DNA of 64,000 bases from contig CBDUEV010000009.1 of the NCBI GenBank assembly GCA_965366365.1, forward strand, positions 969-64,968, given 5' to 3'. The stretch is from an uncultured Acidimicrobiia bacterium (GTDB lineage Bacteria > Actinomycetota > Acidimicrobiia > Spongiisociales > JAENVV01). The notes below the pieces were generated by a model that saw only the letters and a list, made by a program, of their open reading frames with translations, did not search any database and was not told the DNA's origin. Shown here piece by piece: positions 46,164-56,719 of the stretch. Each line of letters starts with the position of its first letter. Position 1 is the stretch's first letter. The translations under genes were made by a program, and so were the position numbers.

Positions 46164-46934
46164 CTACTTCGGCATCATCCTGGCGCCGCCGTCCAGCCGG
46201 ATGATCTCTCCGTTCAGCATCGAGTTTTCCGCGATGGCGATCACCAGATTGGCGAAGTCAGCCGGCGTCCCGAGCCGTTTCGGGAACACCGAGATGTCGG
46301 CCAGCGCCTGCCGCACATCGGGCGGCGCAGAAGCCATCATCGGGGTATCCATGATGCCGGGCGCGATCGTGTTCACGCGGACCCCGAGGCTCCCGAGGTC
46401 CCGAGCCAACGGCAGTGTCATCCCGACGATGCCTCCCTTGGAGGCGGAGTAGGCGACCTGACCGACCTGTCCTTCGAAGGCGGCGATCGAGGCGACGTTG
46501 ATGATGACCCCGCGCTCCCCGTCGGCGTCCGGCTCGTTTTGCGCCATCATGCGGGCGGCGTTGCGGGTCACGTCGAAGAGGCCGACGAGGTTGATGGCGA
46601 TCGTGAAAGCAAACAGATCCAGCGGGAACATCTGCCCGTCGCGGGTCAGGGTTCGATGGGCAGTCCCAACCCCGGCTGCGTTGAGGCACAGGTTGACGCC
46701 TCCCATCAGCTCGGCGGCGTGTTCTACTCCCTGTTCCACCATGTCGGGTTCGCGGACATCGACCGGCACAAACGAGGCGCTCTCCCCCAGCGATGCCGCC
46801 ATGCTCTGCCCACTCGACGTGGGAAGGTCGAGGATGGTGGCTCGGCCGCCCGCCGCCACGATGGCTTCGACTGTGCCTCCACCCAGGCCGGACGCTCCGC
46901 CCGTCACGATTGCTCTTGCGTCTCCGATTCTCAT
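46164..46934 (-). CDS. SDR-family 3-hydroxyacyl-CoA dehydrogenase type-2-like
   Basis: AIVTGGASGLGGG, YSASKGG, HSD17B10-like length. Confidence 0.85.
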   Translation of the reverse strand: MRIGDARAIVTGGASGLGGGTVEAIVAAGGRATILDLPTSSGQSMAASLGESASFVPVDVREPDMVEQGVEHAAELMGGVNLCLNAAGVGTAHRTLTRDGQMFPLDLFAFTIAINLVGLFDVTRNAARMMAQNEPDADGERGVIINVASIAAFEGQVGQVAYSASKGGIVGMTLPLARDLGSLGVRVNTIAPGIMDTPMMASAPPDVRQALADISVFPKRLGTPADFANLVIAIAENSMLNGEIIRLDGGARMMPK

Positions 46935-46977
46935 CGTTGCTCCTCCGTTCGATACCCGACGCTAGCGACGGCCGACG

Positions 46978-47019
46978 GGGAACATGAGGAGGAAGACGAC
47001 CAGACGACCTCGTGTTCCC
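46978..47019 (+). promoter_or_regulatory. 12-bp-stem hairpin in the murI leader / divergent SDR 5' region
   Basis: gggaacatgagg - 18-nt loop - cctcgtgttccc (one G-U pair). 48 nt upstream of murI ATG 47068 and 44 nt upstream of the minus-strand SDR start. Confidence 0.4.
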
Positions 47020-47067
47020 ATGACGGAGATTCGCCACCCACCTGTGCCGACCTGCTGAGATGGGAGG

Positions 47068-47895
47068 ATGCAGGAACCAGCGGAACCGGAGCGCCAGCCG
47101 ATCGGTGTGTTCGACTCGGGCTTGGGTGGCCTTTCGGTCCTGCGAGAGCTGCAAGACCTGCTGCCGCAGGAGAGCTTCGTCTACTTCGCCGATCAAGGCC
47201 GAGCACCCTATGGCGATCTCCCCGAGGAGACCGTCCGGTCCCAAACCGAAGATGTGGTTGACCATCTCCTCGACGCTCACCGGGCCAAGGCAGTGGTCGT
47301 CGCCTGCAACACCGCCTCGGATGCTGCCCTCGAGCACCTCCGGGCCCGTTGGCCCGCCACCCCCTTCGTGGGTATGGAGCCGGCTGTCAAGCCGGCCGCA
47401 CGCTCCTCGGCGGCCAGAAAGGTCGGAGTATTGGCCACGACCCGCACGATCGAAGGTCGACGCCTCGCCCGGGTCATCTCCGAGCACGCCGAGGACGCCG
47501 CCATCTACCTCCGTGCCTGCCCAGGTCTCGTCGAACTGGTCGAAGACGGGTTGGCCGGCTCGACCCACGCAGACACCCTGATCGCTTCATACGTCGAACC
47601 GCTGATCGCGGAGGGGGTCGACACCCTGGTCCTGGGGTGCACCCACTACAGCTTCCTGACTGCGTCTGTCCAGCGTGTCGCCGGCCCGACCGTGACCATC
47701 ATCGATCCGTCCGGGGCGGTGGCCGCCCAAACGGCGCGGCTGCTCTCAGAGCGGCGCTCCCTGGTCCTGGACGGAGCTTCCGGATCGGTCCGATTCGAGA
47801 CCTCGGGCGATCGGGTACGGATGCGTACCCAACTGCGCGAAATCCTCGACATCGAGGCGCCCACTCACCCGCGAGCGCACCACCGGGACCGGTGA
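47068..47895 (+). CDS. murI: glutamate racemase
   Basis: IGVFDSGLGGLSV, VVACNTAS and LVLGCTHY signatures. RBS GGGAGG before the start. Confidence 0.9.
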   Translation: MQEPAEPERQPIGVFDSGLGGLSVLRELQDLLPQESFVYFADQGRAPYGDLPEETVRSQTEDVVDHLLDAHRAKAVVVACNTASDAALEHLRARWPATPFVGMEPAVKPAARSSAARKVGVLATTRTIEGRRLARVISEHAEDAAIYLRACPGLVELVEDGLAGSTHADTLIASYVEPLIAEGVDTLVLGCTHYSFLTASVQRVAGPTVTIIDPSGAVAAQTARLLSERRSLVLDGASGSVRFETSGDRVRMRTQLREILDIEAPTHPRAHHRDR

Positions 47896-47899
47896 CGGC

Positions 47900-48217
47900 T
47901 CACAGATCCTGTTGCTCCCTCAGATAGTCGAGCACGCGCTCGATCTGCGCATCGGTCAGCTGCCCCTCGAAGGAGGGCATGCTCCCCCGCCCCCGGGCAA
48001 TGGTCTGGAGGAGAGCCGCATCCTCCTTCTCCTCAGCCGGTGAGCCCGCTCCCACCGCCGGAAACACACCGTTACCGGCCAGGTCGGCACCGTGACACCG
48101 AGCGCAGCTCACGGTGTAGATCTCCGCGCCGGAGGCGTCTTCGGCAACCCGCCCACCACAGGAGCTGAGGCTGACCACAGCCAGAAGCGACGCGACGATA
48201 ACGGGGAGGCTCTTCAC
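47900..48217 (-). CDS. c-type cytochrome (class I) lipoprotein
   Basis: Lipobox LSSCGG. Haem-binding CARCH. Distal Met in GRGSMPSF. Confidence 0.8.
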   Translation of the reverse strand: MKSLPVIVASLLAVVSLSSCGGRVAEDASGAEIYTVSCARCHGADLAGNGVFPAVGAGSPAEEKEDAALLQTIARGRGSMPSFEGQLTDAQIERVLDYLREQQDL

Positions 48218-48307
48218 AATGGGGACAGCCTAGAGCGTGTGCGGCGCGGCGTCGCGTTCGAGCCGAAGCAACGAAGAGCACTCACCACAACGCTACGATC
48301 GCTGCCT

Positions 48308-49246
48308 ATGCCCGATTCTCCTTCGAAGATCCGCTTGCTGATCACCGGATTCGTGATGGGTTCTGCAGACGTCGTGCCGGGGGTCTCGGGAGGAACGATC
48401 GCGCTCGTCATGGGGATCTACGAGCAGCTTCTCGAGGCCATTGCCTCCGTCGACCGGCGACTTCTCGGACAACTCACGAAGTGGCAGTGGGGGGCGCTAC
48501 GGACGGTGCCGTGGGGCTTCGTCCTCCCCCTTGGGTTGGGCATCGCCACGGCGGTGCTGACCCTGGCCGGGCCACTCGAGCACTGGATGCAGGACGAGCA
48601 GTCCCGGATCAACCTCCTCGCCCTGTTCTGCGGGCTGGTCTTGGCGTCGGCGATCGCCGTCGGGGGAAGGCTCTCCTGGCACCGGCTCACCTGGATCGCC
48701 GCCGTATCCGGCGCGTTGGTGGCCTCGATCATCGTCCGTCTCACACCCTCGCAGGGATCGGATTCTCTCCTCGCCTTCTTCCTGGCCGGTGCTGTCGCCA
48801 TCTCGGCGATGATCCTCCCGGGTATTTCGGGTTCGTTCATCCTGTTCATCATGGGTCAGTACGAACGTGCCCTCGCAGCCGTCTCCGATTTCAACCTCAT
48901 CGATCTCCTGGTGCTGGCGGCGGGGGTGACCGTCGGGTTGGCCACCTTCGTGAGGATCCTGCGTCGACTCTTGGGACGATGGCACGACACGACACTGGCC
49001 GCCATGGCGGGGTTCATGGTGGGGTCACTGTGGAAGGTCTGGCCGTGGCGCGAGTGCCTGGAAGGTGACGCCGCACTGTGCGCCAAAGAGGCACTGTCGG
49101 TTCCTACTTGGGGAGGCTCACTGGCCGTGGCGGCAGGTCTTGCCGTGGTCGGATTCCTGGTGGTGACCGTTTTCGATCACTGGGAGAGTGGGCGCAACCC
49201 GGTGGTGAAGGTGTGGCGAGCAGCCGTCGGTGGTCGGACCGGTTAA
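48308..49246 (+). CDS. DUF368 family membrane protein
   Basis: ORF 48092..49246. Start placed at MPDSPSKIRLLITGFVMGSADVVPGVSGGTIALVMG (the DUF368 signature PGVSRSG-like motif). Confidence 0.7.
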   Translation: MPDSPSKIRLLITGFVMGSADVVPGVSGGTIALVMGIYEQLLEAIASVDRRLLGQLTKWQWGALRTVPWGFVLPLGLGIATAVLTLAGPLEHWMQDEQSRINLLALFCGLVLASAIAVGGRLSWHRLTWIAAVSGALVASIIVRLTPSQGSDSLLAFFLAGAVAISAMILPGISGSFILFIMGQYERALAAVSDFNLIDLLVLAAGVTVGLATFVRILRRLLGRWHDTTLAAMAGFMVGSLWKVWPWRECLEGDAALCAKEALSVPTWGGSLAVAAGLAVVGFLVVTVFDHWESGRNPVVKVWRAAVGGRTG

Positions 49247-49247
49247 A

Positions 49248-49282
49248 GAGGAGGCTCCGACTCGGAACGAGTCGGAGCCTCG
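49248..49282 (+). terminator. intrinsic-terminator-like perfect hairpin directly after the DUF368 gene
   Basis: gaggctccgactc-ggaac-gagtcggagcctc (13-bp stem), 2 nt after the stop. A second cccc-tttt-gggg hairpin lies about 70 nt further downstream. Confidence 0.6.
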
Positions 49283-49409
49283 AGCTCCCTCTGGGAGCGT
49301 TTCAGGAGCCGAATCTTGCGAGTGCGGCGCCAGGGTAACCCGTACTCCTCGACCCCTTTTGGGGTGTACCACGAGACCAAGGGGGGCGATCTCGCGTACC
49401 CGGCTCATG

Positions 49410-49604
49410 TTACCTGGCTGAGCGCGAGGCGTCCATGGCGGAGTTATCGCCGATGAACACGGGATCCTTTCCCCACTTCGGGCGGCCGTGCAGGATGGCC
49501 TCGGCGATTGCCTCCGCCGGGACGAAGTATTCGTTCGCTGCGATCTGCTGGGCAAGGCCGACCAGATGGCGCGACCACCAAGTCGTTTTCGTTTCGGAAT
49601 CCAT
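49410..49604 (-). CDS. small hypothetical protein, 64 aa
   Basis: ATG start. GC3 is about 80%. Translation MDSETKTTWWSRHLVGLAQQIAANEYFVPAEAIAEAILHGRPKWGKDPVFIGDN... It lies 107 nt downstream of the antiporter gene on the same strand. Confidence 0.4.
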   Translation of the reverse strand: MDSETKTTWWSRHLVGLAQQIAANEYFVPAEAIAEAILHGRPKWGKDPVFIGDNSAMDASRSAR

Positions 49605-49711
49605 CCCTCAGGTTATCGGCGCCGCGGCGTCGCGAATTGAGCGCTACCTCCCATCCCGGGCGGTCGGAGAGCTCGGCGCCAGGTGAGGCGCGAGGACCGT
49701 CGTCGATTCGG

Positions 49712-51952
49712 TCAGCCCCCGCTTGGACGGTTCGTGGGCAAACCGACGATGGCCACAGGGATCTGAGCGTTCTCGATGATGTAATTGACGCGATGCCCGA
49801 AGAAAGACCGGTTGGTGAGCGGACGTTGGGCAACTCCGAGCACAAGCATGTCGAACTCTCCGGAATTGGCCTTCGTCACGATCTCCTGCTCGGTGTTCGC
49901 GGCAACCTGCAGCAGCGTCCCGACCTTGACCCCGAGTCGGCTGCCCAAGATGGTGGCCTCGGTCAGAAGCTCGGTACCGGTGTGCTTGGCATCATCCATC
50001 CGCTGCTCCTCGAGCATCATGCCCTGCCCGTCCGGTCGATTGATGACGTGCAACGCCACGACCGATCCCTCCGTGGCCCGCGCGATCGAGTAGCCGAACT
50101 CTTCGGCCGCCCGGGTGGCGATGCTGGCGTTGACCGGGATCAAGATTCGGTGGGGGAGCCGGTCGGGGGCATCGAAATCTGCCGGGAATCTGACGACGAT
50201 CGAAGGAACCGGCGATTGGGAGAGCACCCGGTCGACGACCGTCGAGAATAGGCCACTGTCGGATTCCCCGTCGGAAGCCCCCAACACCAGGAGGTCGTAG
50301 CCGAGCCGAGTTTCCTGCGCGATGGCGTCGGCGGGGTCTCGGTCCACCTTCCTCACCACCCGCGGCACGGTCGTGTCAAAGACCTCAACGATCTCTGCGA
50401 CGCCGACCGATGAGCCCGCCCGCCTCCGCAAGAGGAAGCGACCGATCCAGCCGGGGGTGGGTACGTCGACCGCCAGAACACTCACTTCGAGTTCATCGAA
50501 CACTGCCTCGATGAGTCGAGCCGCGTATCGAGAGTTGCGCCCACCGCGAGTGGGAACCAGGGCGCGCCTGGAATGCAGGATGACCGACGATTCTCTCAGC
50601 GCCTCCCGCTGGAGGCGTGCTTTCTCCTCGGGCGGGACCTCCCATCCTGATACGGTCAGCCGGAGAAGGGCAGGCGAGACGATCGAAGTGACGATGGCCG
50701 CCACCACGAGGACCGTATAACCCGATTCGCTGAGCTCGCCGACGTTGAGACCGACCAGCGCGACCACGATGCCCATCGCCCCCAAGGCACTCAGCCCGGA
50801 ACCGAGCGCCAATCCTTCGCGATGTCCAATCCCGCCCAAGCGGGCCCCGACATAGGTACCGACCACCTTGGCCAGGAGCGCGGCGACCACGATGCCGATC
50901 GCCCACAACAGTATCTGCGTATCACGGAGGGCCGAGAGGTCGACTCGCAGGCCGCTGAAGGCAAAGAAGATAGGCGCGAAGAAGGCCGTGGTGAAGGTCT
51001 CCAGGCGCTCCCGAACCTTCGGCAACTGATGCCGCGTGGTCGAGAGAAGAATCCCGACGATGAAGGCGCCCAGGATGGCTTCCAATCCGAGCCATTGGGT
51101 CACGGCGGCTCCGATGAGAGCCGCCAAGAGCGTGATCGTGAGGGCGGCGGTCACGCTCGAACCCATGCTCATGATCCGCCGGTACAAACGGTCGATGAAC
51201 CAGCGACCCACCGTCACCGAGAACAACAGAAAGACGGCCAGGCCGCCGATCGAGCGCCCCAGGGATCCCAGGTCGAGACGGTTCTCGCGAGCGATGCCCG
51301 CCAGCGCGGCCAGGATGAGCCAACCGAATGAGTCCATGGTCATCCCGGAGGCCAGCGTGATCTGACCGAAGTTGCGTCGGAGGAAGCCGAGGTCTTGGAG
51401 GATCTTCGCAACGACAGGAAGAGCCGAGACCGAGAGCGCCAACGCGAAGAACCCTGCGAACACCCCCACGCTGGCACCTTCGGCACGGAACTCCGAGGGC
51501 GCTGCGGTGGCCAAGGCAACGCCGACGCCAAACGGAATCAACAGGCTTCCTGCCGAGACGAGTAGTGACGCTCTCCGAAACCGACCGATGATGGCCAGAT
51601 CGGTCTCGAAGCCGATGACCACGAGCAGCATGATCACACCGAGCCAGGCAAACGCGAAGACCGAGCTGTTCACAACGGGCTCAGCTTCAAAGACCCAGGC
51701 ATAGGCCTCGGGCGCCACCTGCCTGAAGAGGGAGGGTCCGAGGATGACTCCGGCCAGCAGTTCGCCGACGACGGGCGGTTGCCCCATTCGTTTGAAGACC
51801 CCGCCCAGCAGGCGGGCCACCAACACCAGTAGCGACAGCTGGACGAGCAGAACCAAAACCTGGTGCTCATCCAATGGCGGCGCATTGACGGTCGATTCGG
51901 ATGTCTCGGCCAGCATGAAGAGTTGCAAGGTCGGGATACTACCGTCGGGCAC
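49712..51952 (-). CDS. CPA2-family monovalent cation:proton antiporter fused to two UspA (universal stress protein) domains
   Basis: About 13 TM segments including GELLAGVILGPS (Na_H exchanger signature). The C-terminal 300 aa has two USP-like alpha/beta repeats (...LVLGV...). Start is either GTG 51952 or ATG 51916. Confidence 0.85.
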   Translation of the reverse strand: MPDGSIPTLQLFMLAETSESTVNAPPLDEHQVLVLLVQLSLLVLVARLLGGVFKRMGQPPVVGELLAGVILGPSLFRQVAPEAYAWVFEAEPVVNSSVFAFAWLGVIMLLVVIGFETDLAIIGRFRRASLLVSAGSLLIPFGVGVALATAAPSEFRAEGASVGVFAGFFALALSVSALPVVAKILQDLGFLRRNFGQITLASGMTMDSFGWLILAALAGIARENRLDLGSLGRSIGGLAVFLLFSVTVGRWFIDRLYRRIMSMGSSVTAALTITLLAALIGAAVTQWLGLEAILGAFIVGILLSTTRHQLPKVRERLETFTTAFFAPIFFAFSGLRVDLSALRDTQILLWAIGIVVAALLAKVVGTYVGARLGGIGHREGLALGSGLSALGAMGIVVALVGLNVGELSESGYTVLVVAAIVTSIVSPALLRLTVSGWEVPPEEKARLQREALRESSVILHSRRALVPTRGGRNSRYAARLIEAVFDELEVSVLAVDVPTPGWIGRFLLRRRAGSSVGVAEIVEVFDTTVPRVVRKVDRDPADAIAQETRLGYDLLVLGASDGESDSGLFSTVVDRVLSQSPVPSIVVRFPADFDAPDRLPHRILIPVNASIATRAAEEFGYSIARATEGSVVALHVINRPDGQGMMLEEQRMDDAKHTGTELLTEATILGSRLGVKVGTLLQVAANTEQEIVTKANSGEFDMLVLGVAQRPLTNRSFFGHRVNYIIENAQIPVAIVGLPTNRPSGG

Positions 51953-52006
51953 CCGAACACCGCCGAGCCGAATCGAAAGGCACTAGTTTTGGCTGAGGAG
52001 GTACTC

Positions 52007-53017
52007 GTGAAACTCGTCGTGATTGGAGCAGGTTCCTGGGGAACGGCGGTTTCTGCGCTCGCCGCTCACAATGCACCGGTCACCTTGTGGTCACGTCGAC
52101 CCGAGGTCGCCGAAGCGATCAACGCCCGTCACGAGAACCCCTCCTACCTGAAAGGCTTTCCCCTTCCCTCGGAGGTGCACGCCACCGCCGATCTCACTGC
52201 CGCGGTGACAGGAGCCGAAGCGATCGTCATGGGTGTCCCCTCGCACGGCTTCCGCTCCGTTCTGGCTGCGGCAGCTCCGGCCGTCTCGCCACAAGCCAGC
52301 ATCATCAGCCTCACCAAGGGAATCGAGCAGGGGACCCTCATGCGCATGACCGAGGTGATCAGCGACGTGCTCCCCGATCACGATCGCGGCCGGATCGGCG
52401 TCCTGGGCGGACCGAACCTCGCCCGAGAGATCATGGCCGGTCAGCCCGCCGCCACGGTGATCGCCATGCGCGACGAAAACGCCGCAAGGGAACTGCAGAC
52501 GCAGTTCCTTTCCCCGCGTTTCCGGGTCTACACGAATACCGACGTGATCGGTTGTGAGGTGGCCGGTGCCTGCAAGAACGTGATGGCAATCGCCTCGGGA
52601 ATGGCATCTGGCCTGGGGTTCGGCGACAACACCCGCGCAATGCTGGTGACCCGCGCTCTGGCGGAACTGACCCGTCTTGGTATCGCCCTGGGCGGGAGCC
52701 CATTCACCTTTGGCGGCCTGGCCGGCATCGGCGATCTGGTGGCGACGTGCTACTCGGAGCAGAGCCGCAATCACACGGTCGGGCGCGGGCTCGGCGAGGG
52801 CCGCAGCCTGGACGACGTCGTGGCGGAGATGAACATGGTCGCCGAAGGGGTGAAGAGCACCGAGGGTGTGCTCCGCCTCGCAGAACAGAACCGCGTCGAG
52901 ATGCCGATCGCCATCGAAGTAGGTCGGGTGTTGTATGAAGGAGCTGATCCACGCGCCTCGTTGCTGGCTCTGATGACCCGAGAGGCGAAGCCGGAAGGAC
53001 ATGGGATCGTGGGGTGA
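52007..53017 (+). CDS. gpsA: NAD(P)H-dependent glycerol-3-phosphate dehydrogenase
   Basis: GTG start 6 nt after GAGGAGG. KLVVIGAGSWGTA, GVPSH and CKNVMAIASG signatures. Confidence 0.9.
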   Translation: MKLVVIGAGSWGTAVSALAAHNAPVTLWSRRPEVAEAINARHENPSYLKGFPLPSEVHATADLTAAVTGAEAIVMGVPSHGFRSVLAAAAPAVSPQASIISLTKGIEQGTLMRMTEVISDVLPDHDRGRIGVLGGPNLAREIMAGQPAATVIAMRDENAARELQTQFLSPRFRVYTNTDVIGCEVAGACKNVMAIASGMASGLGFGDNTRAMLVTRALAELTRLGIALGGSPFTFGGLAGIGDLVATCYSEQSRNHTVGRGLGEGRSLDDVVAEMNMVAEGVKSTEGVLRLAEQNRVEMPIAIEVGRVLYEGADPRASLLALMTREAKPEGHGIVG

Positions 53018-53030
53018 TCGGGTATTCCCG

Positions 53031-55550
53031 TCACACCACGACCGTCGCCCCCGTCCCTGGGTCTTTGTCGAGCACGATGAGGTCCTCGATCCGCTCTCTC
53101 ATCTCCGGGACGTGACTGACGATGACGACCAGCCGGTCTTCGTGACCGGTCACCAGCTTCTCGATCCCCGCCATTGCCAGGTCCAGGTGTTCCGGGTCCA
53201 GTGAGCCGAAACCCTCGTCCAGGAAGAAAGCGTCGAGCCGGCCTCCCCCGCGTGTGACCATCTCCGCCAGGGCCAAAGCCAAAGCGAGCGAGGCCAGGAA
53301 GGTCTCACCACCGGAGAGCGAATCGGCTTTCCTCACCTGCTCGGCGGCGGTGAGATCGATGATGTCGAAATCGCCGTCGGTGGAGAACCGAAAACGACCA
53401 CCCGAGAGCTCCTCGAAACGATGACCGCCCAGGTCAGAGAGCACGGCCCGTTCTTCTCGAAGCAGGAAGTTGAGAAACCGGGACGGGGTGAGCTCTGTCG
53501 CCAAGGTCTTGTAGAGATCGAACCTCGCCTGCGCTTCGTCCATTCGGGAGCCAAGGGTGGCCGAATCGGCCACCCTTTCTCTGTGAATCTCCGCTTCGGC
53601 GTTGAGGCCGGCGAGCGTTGCCTGCAGCTGAGCCTTCGCCTCGGTGAAGTCGGCGCCCGCATCGAGGCCCACCGATTCGTGGAGCCGCGCGAGCTCTCCT
53701 CGCGTCGCCTCCAGCCTGGTATCAGCCTCCGCCCGAGCGTCTGCTGCCGCCTGCTGGGCCTGCGTCCACCGCTTCCTCACCTCCGCCAACGCGTTCTCCA
53801 CCTCGCCGGGACGCGTGCCAACGACGATCTCCTCGTCGAGACGGCCGGCGAGCCCATGGAGTTTCGCCGACAGACCCTCCAGTGCCGAACCGGCCTCCTG
53901 CGCAGCACGCCGGCCGGCCTCGAGTCGTCCCTGGACTTCATCGGCGCGTTGCTGGCTTTCGGCAGCAGCTGCTCGAGCCTCCGCCAAAGCTGCTTGGTGG
54001 GAACCGAGACGTTCTTCGGGTTCGCCTTCGCCGAGCAGCCGCCGCGCCCCCTCCTCTGCACCGGCGATGGCCACTCTGACCGTTTCGGCCTCCGCTTCCA
54101 GGGCGGCTATCCCGGCCGACCCGGTCGCCACCATCTTCTCGGCTGCCTCGACCTCCTTTTCGGCCGCGATCAGCCTCTGGCTGCTGGACCGACTGGCGGA
54201 AACAGCCTCGCTGAGCTTCTGGCGCGCCTCCTCGAGCGATCGCTCGGCAGCTGCCACATCGACCGGCACGGCCTTCGGAAGGACAGCCACGTTCTGAGCG
54301 CACACCGGGCATGCGGCGCCTTCCTCCAAACGGCTCCGCAAGGTGGTTGCCATATCCGCGTGCAGCGCCTCATGGTGGGCGAGCTCGGCTGCTCTGGCAT
54401 CGGCTTCGGCGGCCGCCAGCCGAGCAGACGCTTGCTCGTCCTCGACTGCGGCGGCCGCCCTCACAGCCTCGAGACGCTCTCCTTCGGTGATCTGCCCGGC
54501 GGATTCGGTCTTGGCCGTGGTCAATCGTGCCTGAACCCCGGCCAGCGCCTGGCGATGCGATCTCAAGGAGGCGACGATCGCCGCCGCCTGCACCAGCGCA
54601 GCCTCGCCACCGAGCTGGGTGAGGATCTCCGTCACGCGTTCCGCGGCCGCCTGCGCCTGGGCGCGGGCTGTCACAGCGTCCTTGGCCAGGGCGGATTCCT
54701 CTTCGAGGGACGAAGCCGCCGCAACCAGGATGGCGTGGCTATCGGCGGGATCCGGCATCTGGTCGGCAAGGGCGGTCAGTCCCTCCAGTCGCCTCTGCGC
54801 TTCCTCTCGCTGAGCTTCCGCTTCGCCCGCCAAAGCGGCTTGCGTAGCGATGGCCGGTTCGATCCCGATCAACTCGTCGAGGCGCTTCTTGGTCCGGCCG
54901 GCCTCGACCTCGGCAACTTCCTGCCGTCGTCTCGACTCCTCGAGAAGGTCACGCTGGCGACCCATTTCCTCGAGATCTCGACCCGCCGTGTCCCGGCGGA
55001 GTTTGGCGAGACGTTCCATCGCCCCCACCCGGTCGAACCCGAACACACCCTTGAGGACCTCGTCGCGCTGGGTGGCCGTGGCCCGGAGCAACTCTGAGAA
55101 CCGCCCTTGAGCGAGAAGCACCGATCGGTTGAAGGCCGGGAAGTCCAAACCCAACAGGTCTTCTATGCGTTGATCGACCTCCCCTTTCTTGAGCACCGTT
55201 TCGAGCGGATCCTCTCCGGCGAGGAAGCCTTCGTCAGATGAGTACCTGAAGAGAGCGTGCTCACTCTGGCCGGCGCGGCGCAGCGCCCGCACGGAACGCC
55301 ACACCTGGCCGTCCACCTCGAAGACAAACTCGACCCGGGCCGCGTCCGAACGCTGATGAATCAGTGATTTGGTGCTCGAGCGCTCTGTCGGCGTCATGCC
55401 GTAGAGGGCGAAGGCCACGGCGTCGAGGATGGTCGATTTCCCCGATCCGATCGGCCCCACGATCCCGACGAGATGCCGATTCCGGAAGTCGAACTCCGAC
55501 CGCTCGGCATAACTCCGGAACCCGTCCATCGTGAGGGAAAGCGGTCTCAT
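53031..55550 (-). CDS. sbcC: DNA double-strand break repair ATPase SbcC (Rad50 family)
   Basis: 839 aa. Walker [14 protein letters not shown], long coiled coil with a CPVC zinc hook, signature [16 protein letters not shown], Walker B/D-loop [11 protein letters not shown]. Confidence 0.9.
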   Translation of the reverse strand: MRPLSLTMDGFRSYAERSEFDFRNRHLVGIVGPIGSGKSTILDAVAFALYGMTPTERSSTKSLIHQRSDAARVEFVFEVDGQVWRSVRALRRAGQSEHALFRYSSDEGFLAGEDPLETVLKKGEVDQRIEDLLGLDFPAFNRSVLLAQGRFSELLRATATQRDEVLKGVFGFDRVGAMERLAKLRRDTAGRDLEEMGRQRDLLEESRRRQEVAEVEAGRTKKRLDELIGIEPAIATQAALAGEAEAQREEAQRRLEGLTALADQMPDPADSHAILVAAASSLEEESALAKDAVTARAQAQAAAERVTEILTQLGGEAALVQAAAIVASLRSHRQALAGVQARLTTAKTESAGQITEGERLEAVRAAAAVEDEQASARLAAAEADARAAELAHHEALHADMATTLRSRLEEGAACPVCAQNVAVLPKAVPVDVAAAERSLEEARQKLSEAVSASRSSSQRLIAAEKEVEAAEKMVATGSAGIAALEAEAETVRVAIAGAEEGARRLLGEGEPEERLGSHQAALAEARAAAAESQQRADEVQGRLEAGRRAAQEAGSALEGLSAKLHGLAGRLDEEIVVGTRPGEVENALAEVRKRWTQAQQAAADARAEADTRLEATRGELARLHESVGLDAGADFTEAKAQLQATLAGLNAEAEIHRERVADSATLGSRMDEAQARFDLYKTLATELTPSRFLNFLLREERAVLSDLGGHRFEELSGGRFRFSTDGDFDIIDLTAAEQVRKADSLSGGETFLASLALALALAEMVTRGGGRLDAFFLDEGFGSLDPEHLDLAMAGIEKLVTGHEDRLVVIVSHVPEMRERIEDLIVLDKDPGTGATVVV

Positions 55551-56719
55551 GTCGTTTCCTCGGTGAGGGCTTCGTCGTGGATCGAACGGAAGGCGACGAG
55601 GAGGTCATCGGACGCTTCGGTCCCCCTTTCCGAGCGGAGGTACTCGGCGAACAACTCGTCCCAGGCCAGGCCGGCCCGCGACAGCCGTTCCTGCTCGGGC
55701 CGTTCGTACCGCGCTTCAACCTTGACGAGAAACGGGAAATGGCGGCGGGCGCGATCGGCCAGCCCCGGATCGGGGCCCTCGGTGTCGACGATCAGATCGA
55801 CATAGGCATCGACCAGCTCCGGGCGGGCGAGGAGTGCCTCCCACGTGCCGGTCGCTCGCACCAGGCGCCGGCCGGAAGTGAGCGCGATGGAGCGCGTCCT
55901 GGCGCGAATGCCCGGCTTCGCTTCCACCAGGACGACCCGCTTCTCCTCGCCCGCCTCACCGAAGTCGAGTTCGAGCAGAGAGCCGGCGTATTCGGCGGGA
56001 ACGCTCGCCCCCGGCACCTTCTGCGGTGCGTGGATGTGGCCCATCGCCACGTAGTTGAGCACGGCCGGAATCGCCTGTTCGGTGGCTGCGTAGGCCTTCC
56101 CGATGTGCAGCGCCCGCTCTCCGCGCGGGACGCCATGCCCCCCGATCGCTGCGCCCGTCACCATGAAGTGCGCCGCCAGCACGGCTACTCCGTCGGGACC
56201 GGCCGCCTCCACCGCGGCGTCGGCGTACACGGCGGCAAGCTCCCGCACGCGGTCGGCGTAGATGCCGTACCACCGCTCGGTCTCTTCCATGAAGTCGACG
56301 ACTCGACCTTCCCGAAGAAAGGGAAACGCACCGATCGCCGCCCTTCCGCCGCGCGTCTCCACCGTGACGACGCCGCCCTCCGCGGGTCGTTTGATCCTCC
56401 CCACCAGTGTGACGCCGACTGGCTCGACGAGGGGCGCCAGAACTTCGAGGAGATCTGCGCTGTCATGGTTGCCGGCCACCGCCACCACCGGTCGGCGCCC
56501 TCCGTCGGCCAGTGCCACGAGGCTCTCGATCACGAGACGGAGAGCGTCGATGGGCGGGCTGGGCCGATCGAACAGGTCCCCGGAGACAATCACCAGGTCG
56601 ACGGCTTCCCGTTCGGCGATTTCGCAGACTTCGGCGAGGACCGCTTCGTACTCGGCCATGCGATCGTATCGGCCGATCCGTTTTCCGACATGCCAGTCGG
56701 AAGTGTGCAGGATCTTCAT
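55547..56719 (-). CDS. sbcD: DNA repair nuclease SbcD (Mre11 family)
   Basis: MKILHTSDWHVGK, GDLFD, GNHD and MGHIHAP phosphoesterase motifs. Its stop overlaps the sbcC start by 4 nt. Confidence 0.9.
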   Translation of the reverse strand: MKILHTSDWHVGKRIGRYDRMAEYEAVLAEVCEIAEREAVDLVIVSGDLFDRPSPPIDALRLVIESLVALADGGRRPVVAVAGNHDSADLLEVLAPLVEPVGVTLVGRIKRPAEGGVVTVETRGGRAAIGAFPFLREGRVVDFMEETERWYGIYADRVRELAAVYADAAVEAAGPDGVAVLAAHFMVTGAAIGGHGVPRGERALHIGKAYAATEQAIPAVLNYVAMGHIHAPQKVPGASVPAEYAGSLLELDFGEAGEEKRVVLVEAKPGIRARTRSIALTSGRRLVRATGTWEALLARPELVDAYVDLIVDTEGPDPGLADRARRHFPFLVKVEARYERPEQERLSRAGLAWDELFAEYLRSERGTEASDDLLVAFRSIHDEALTEETT

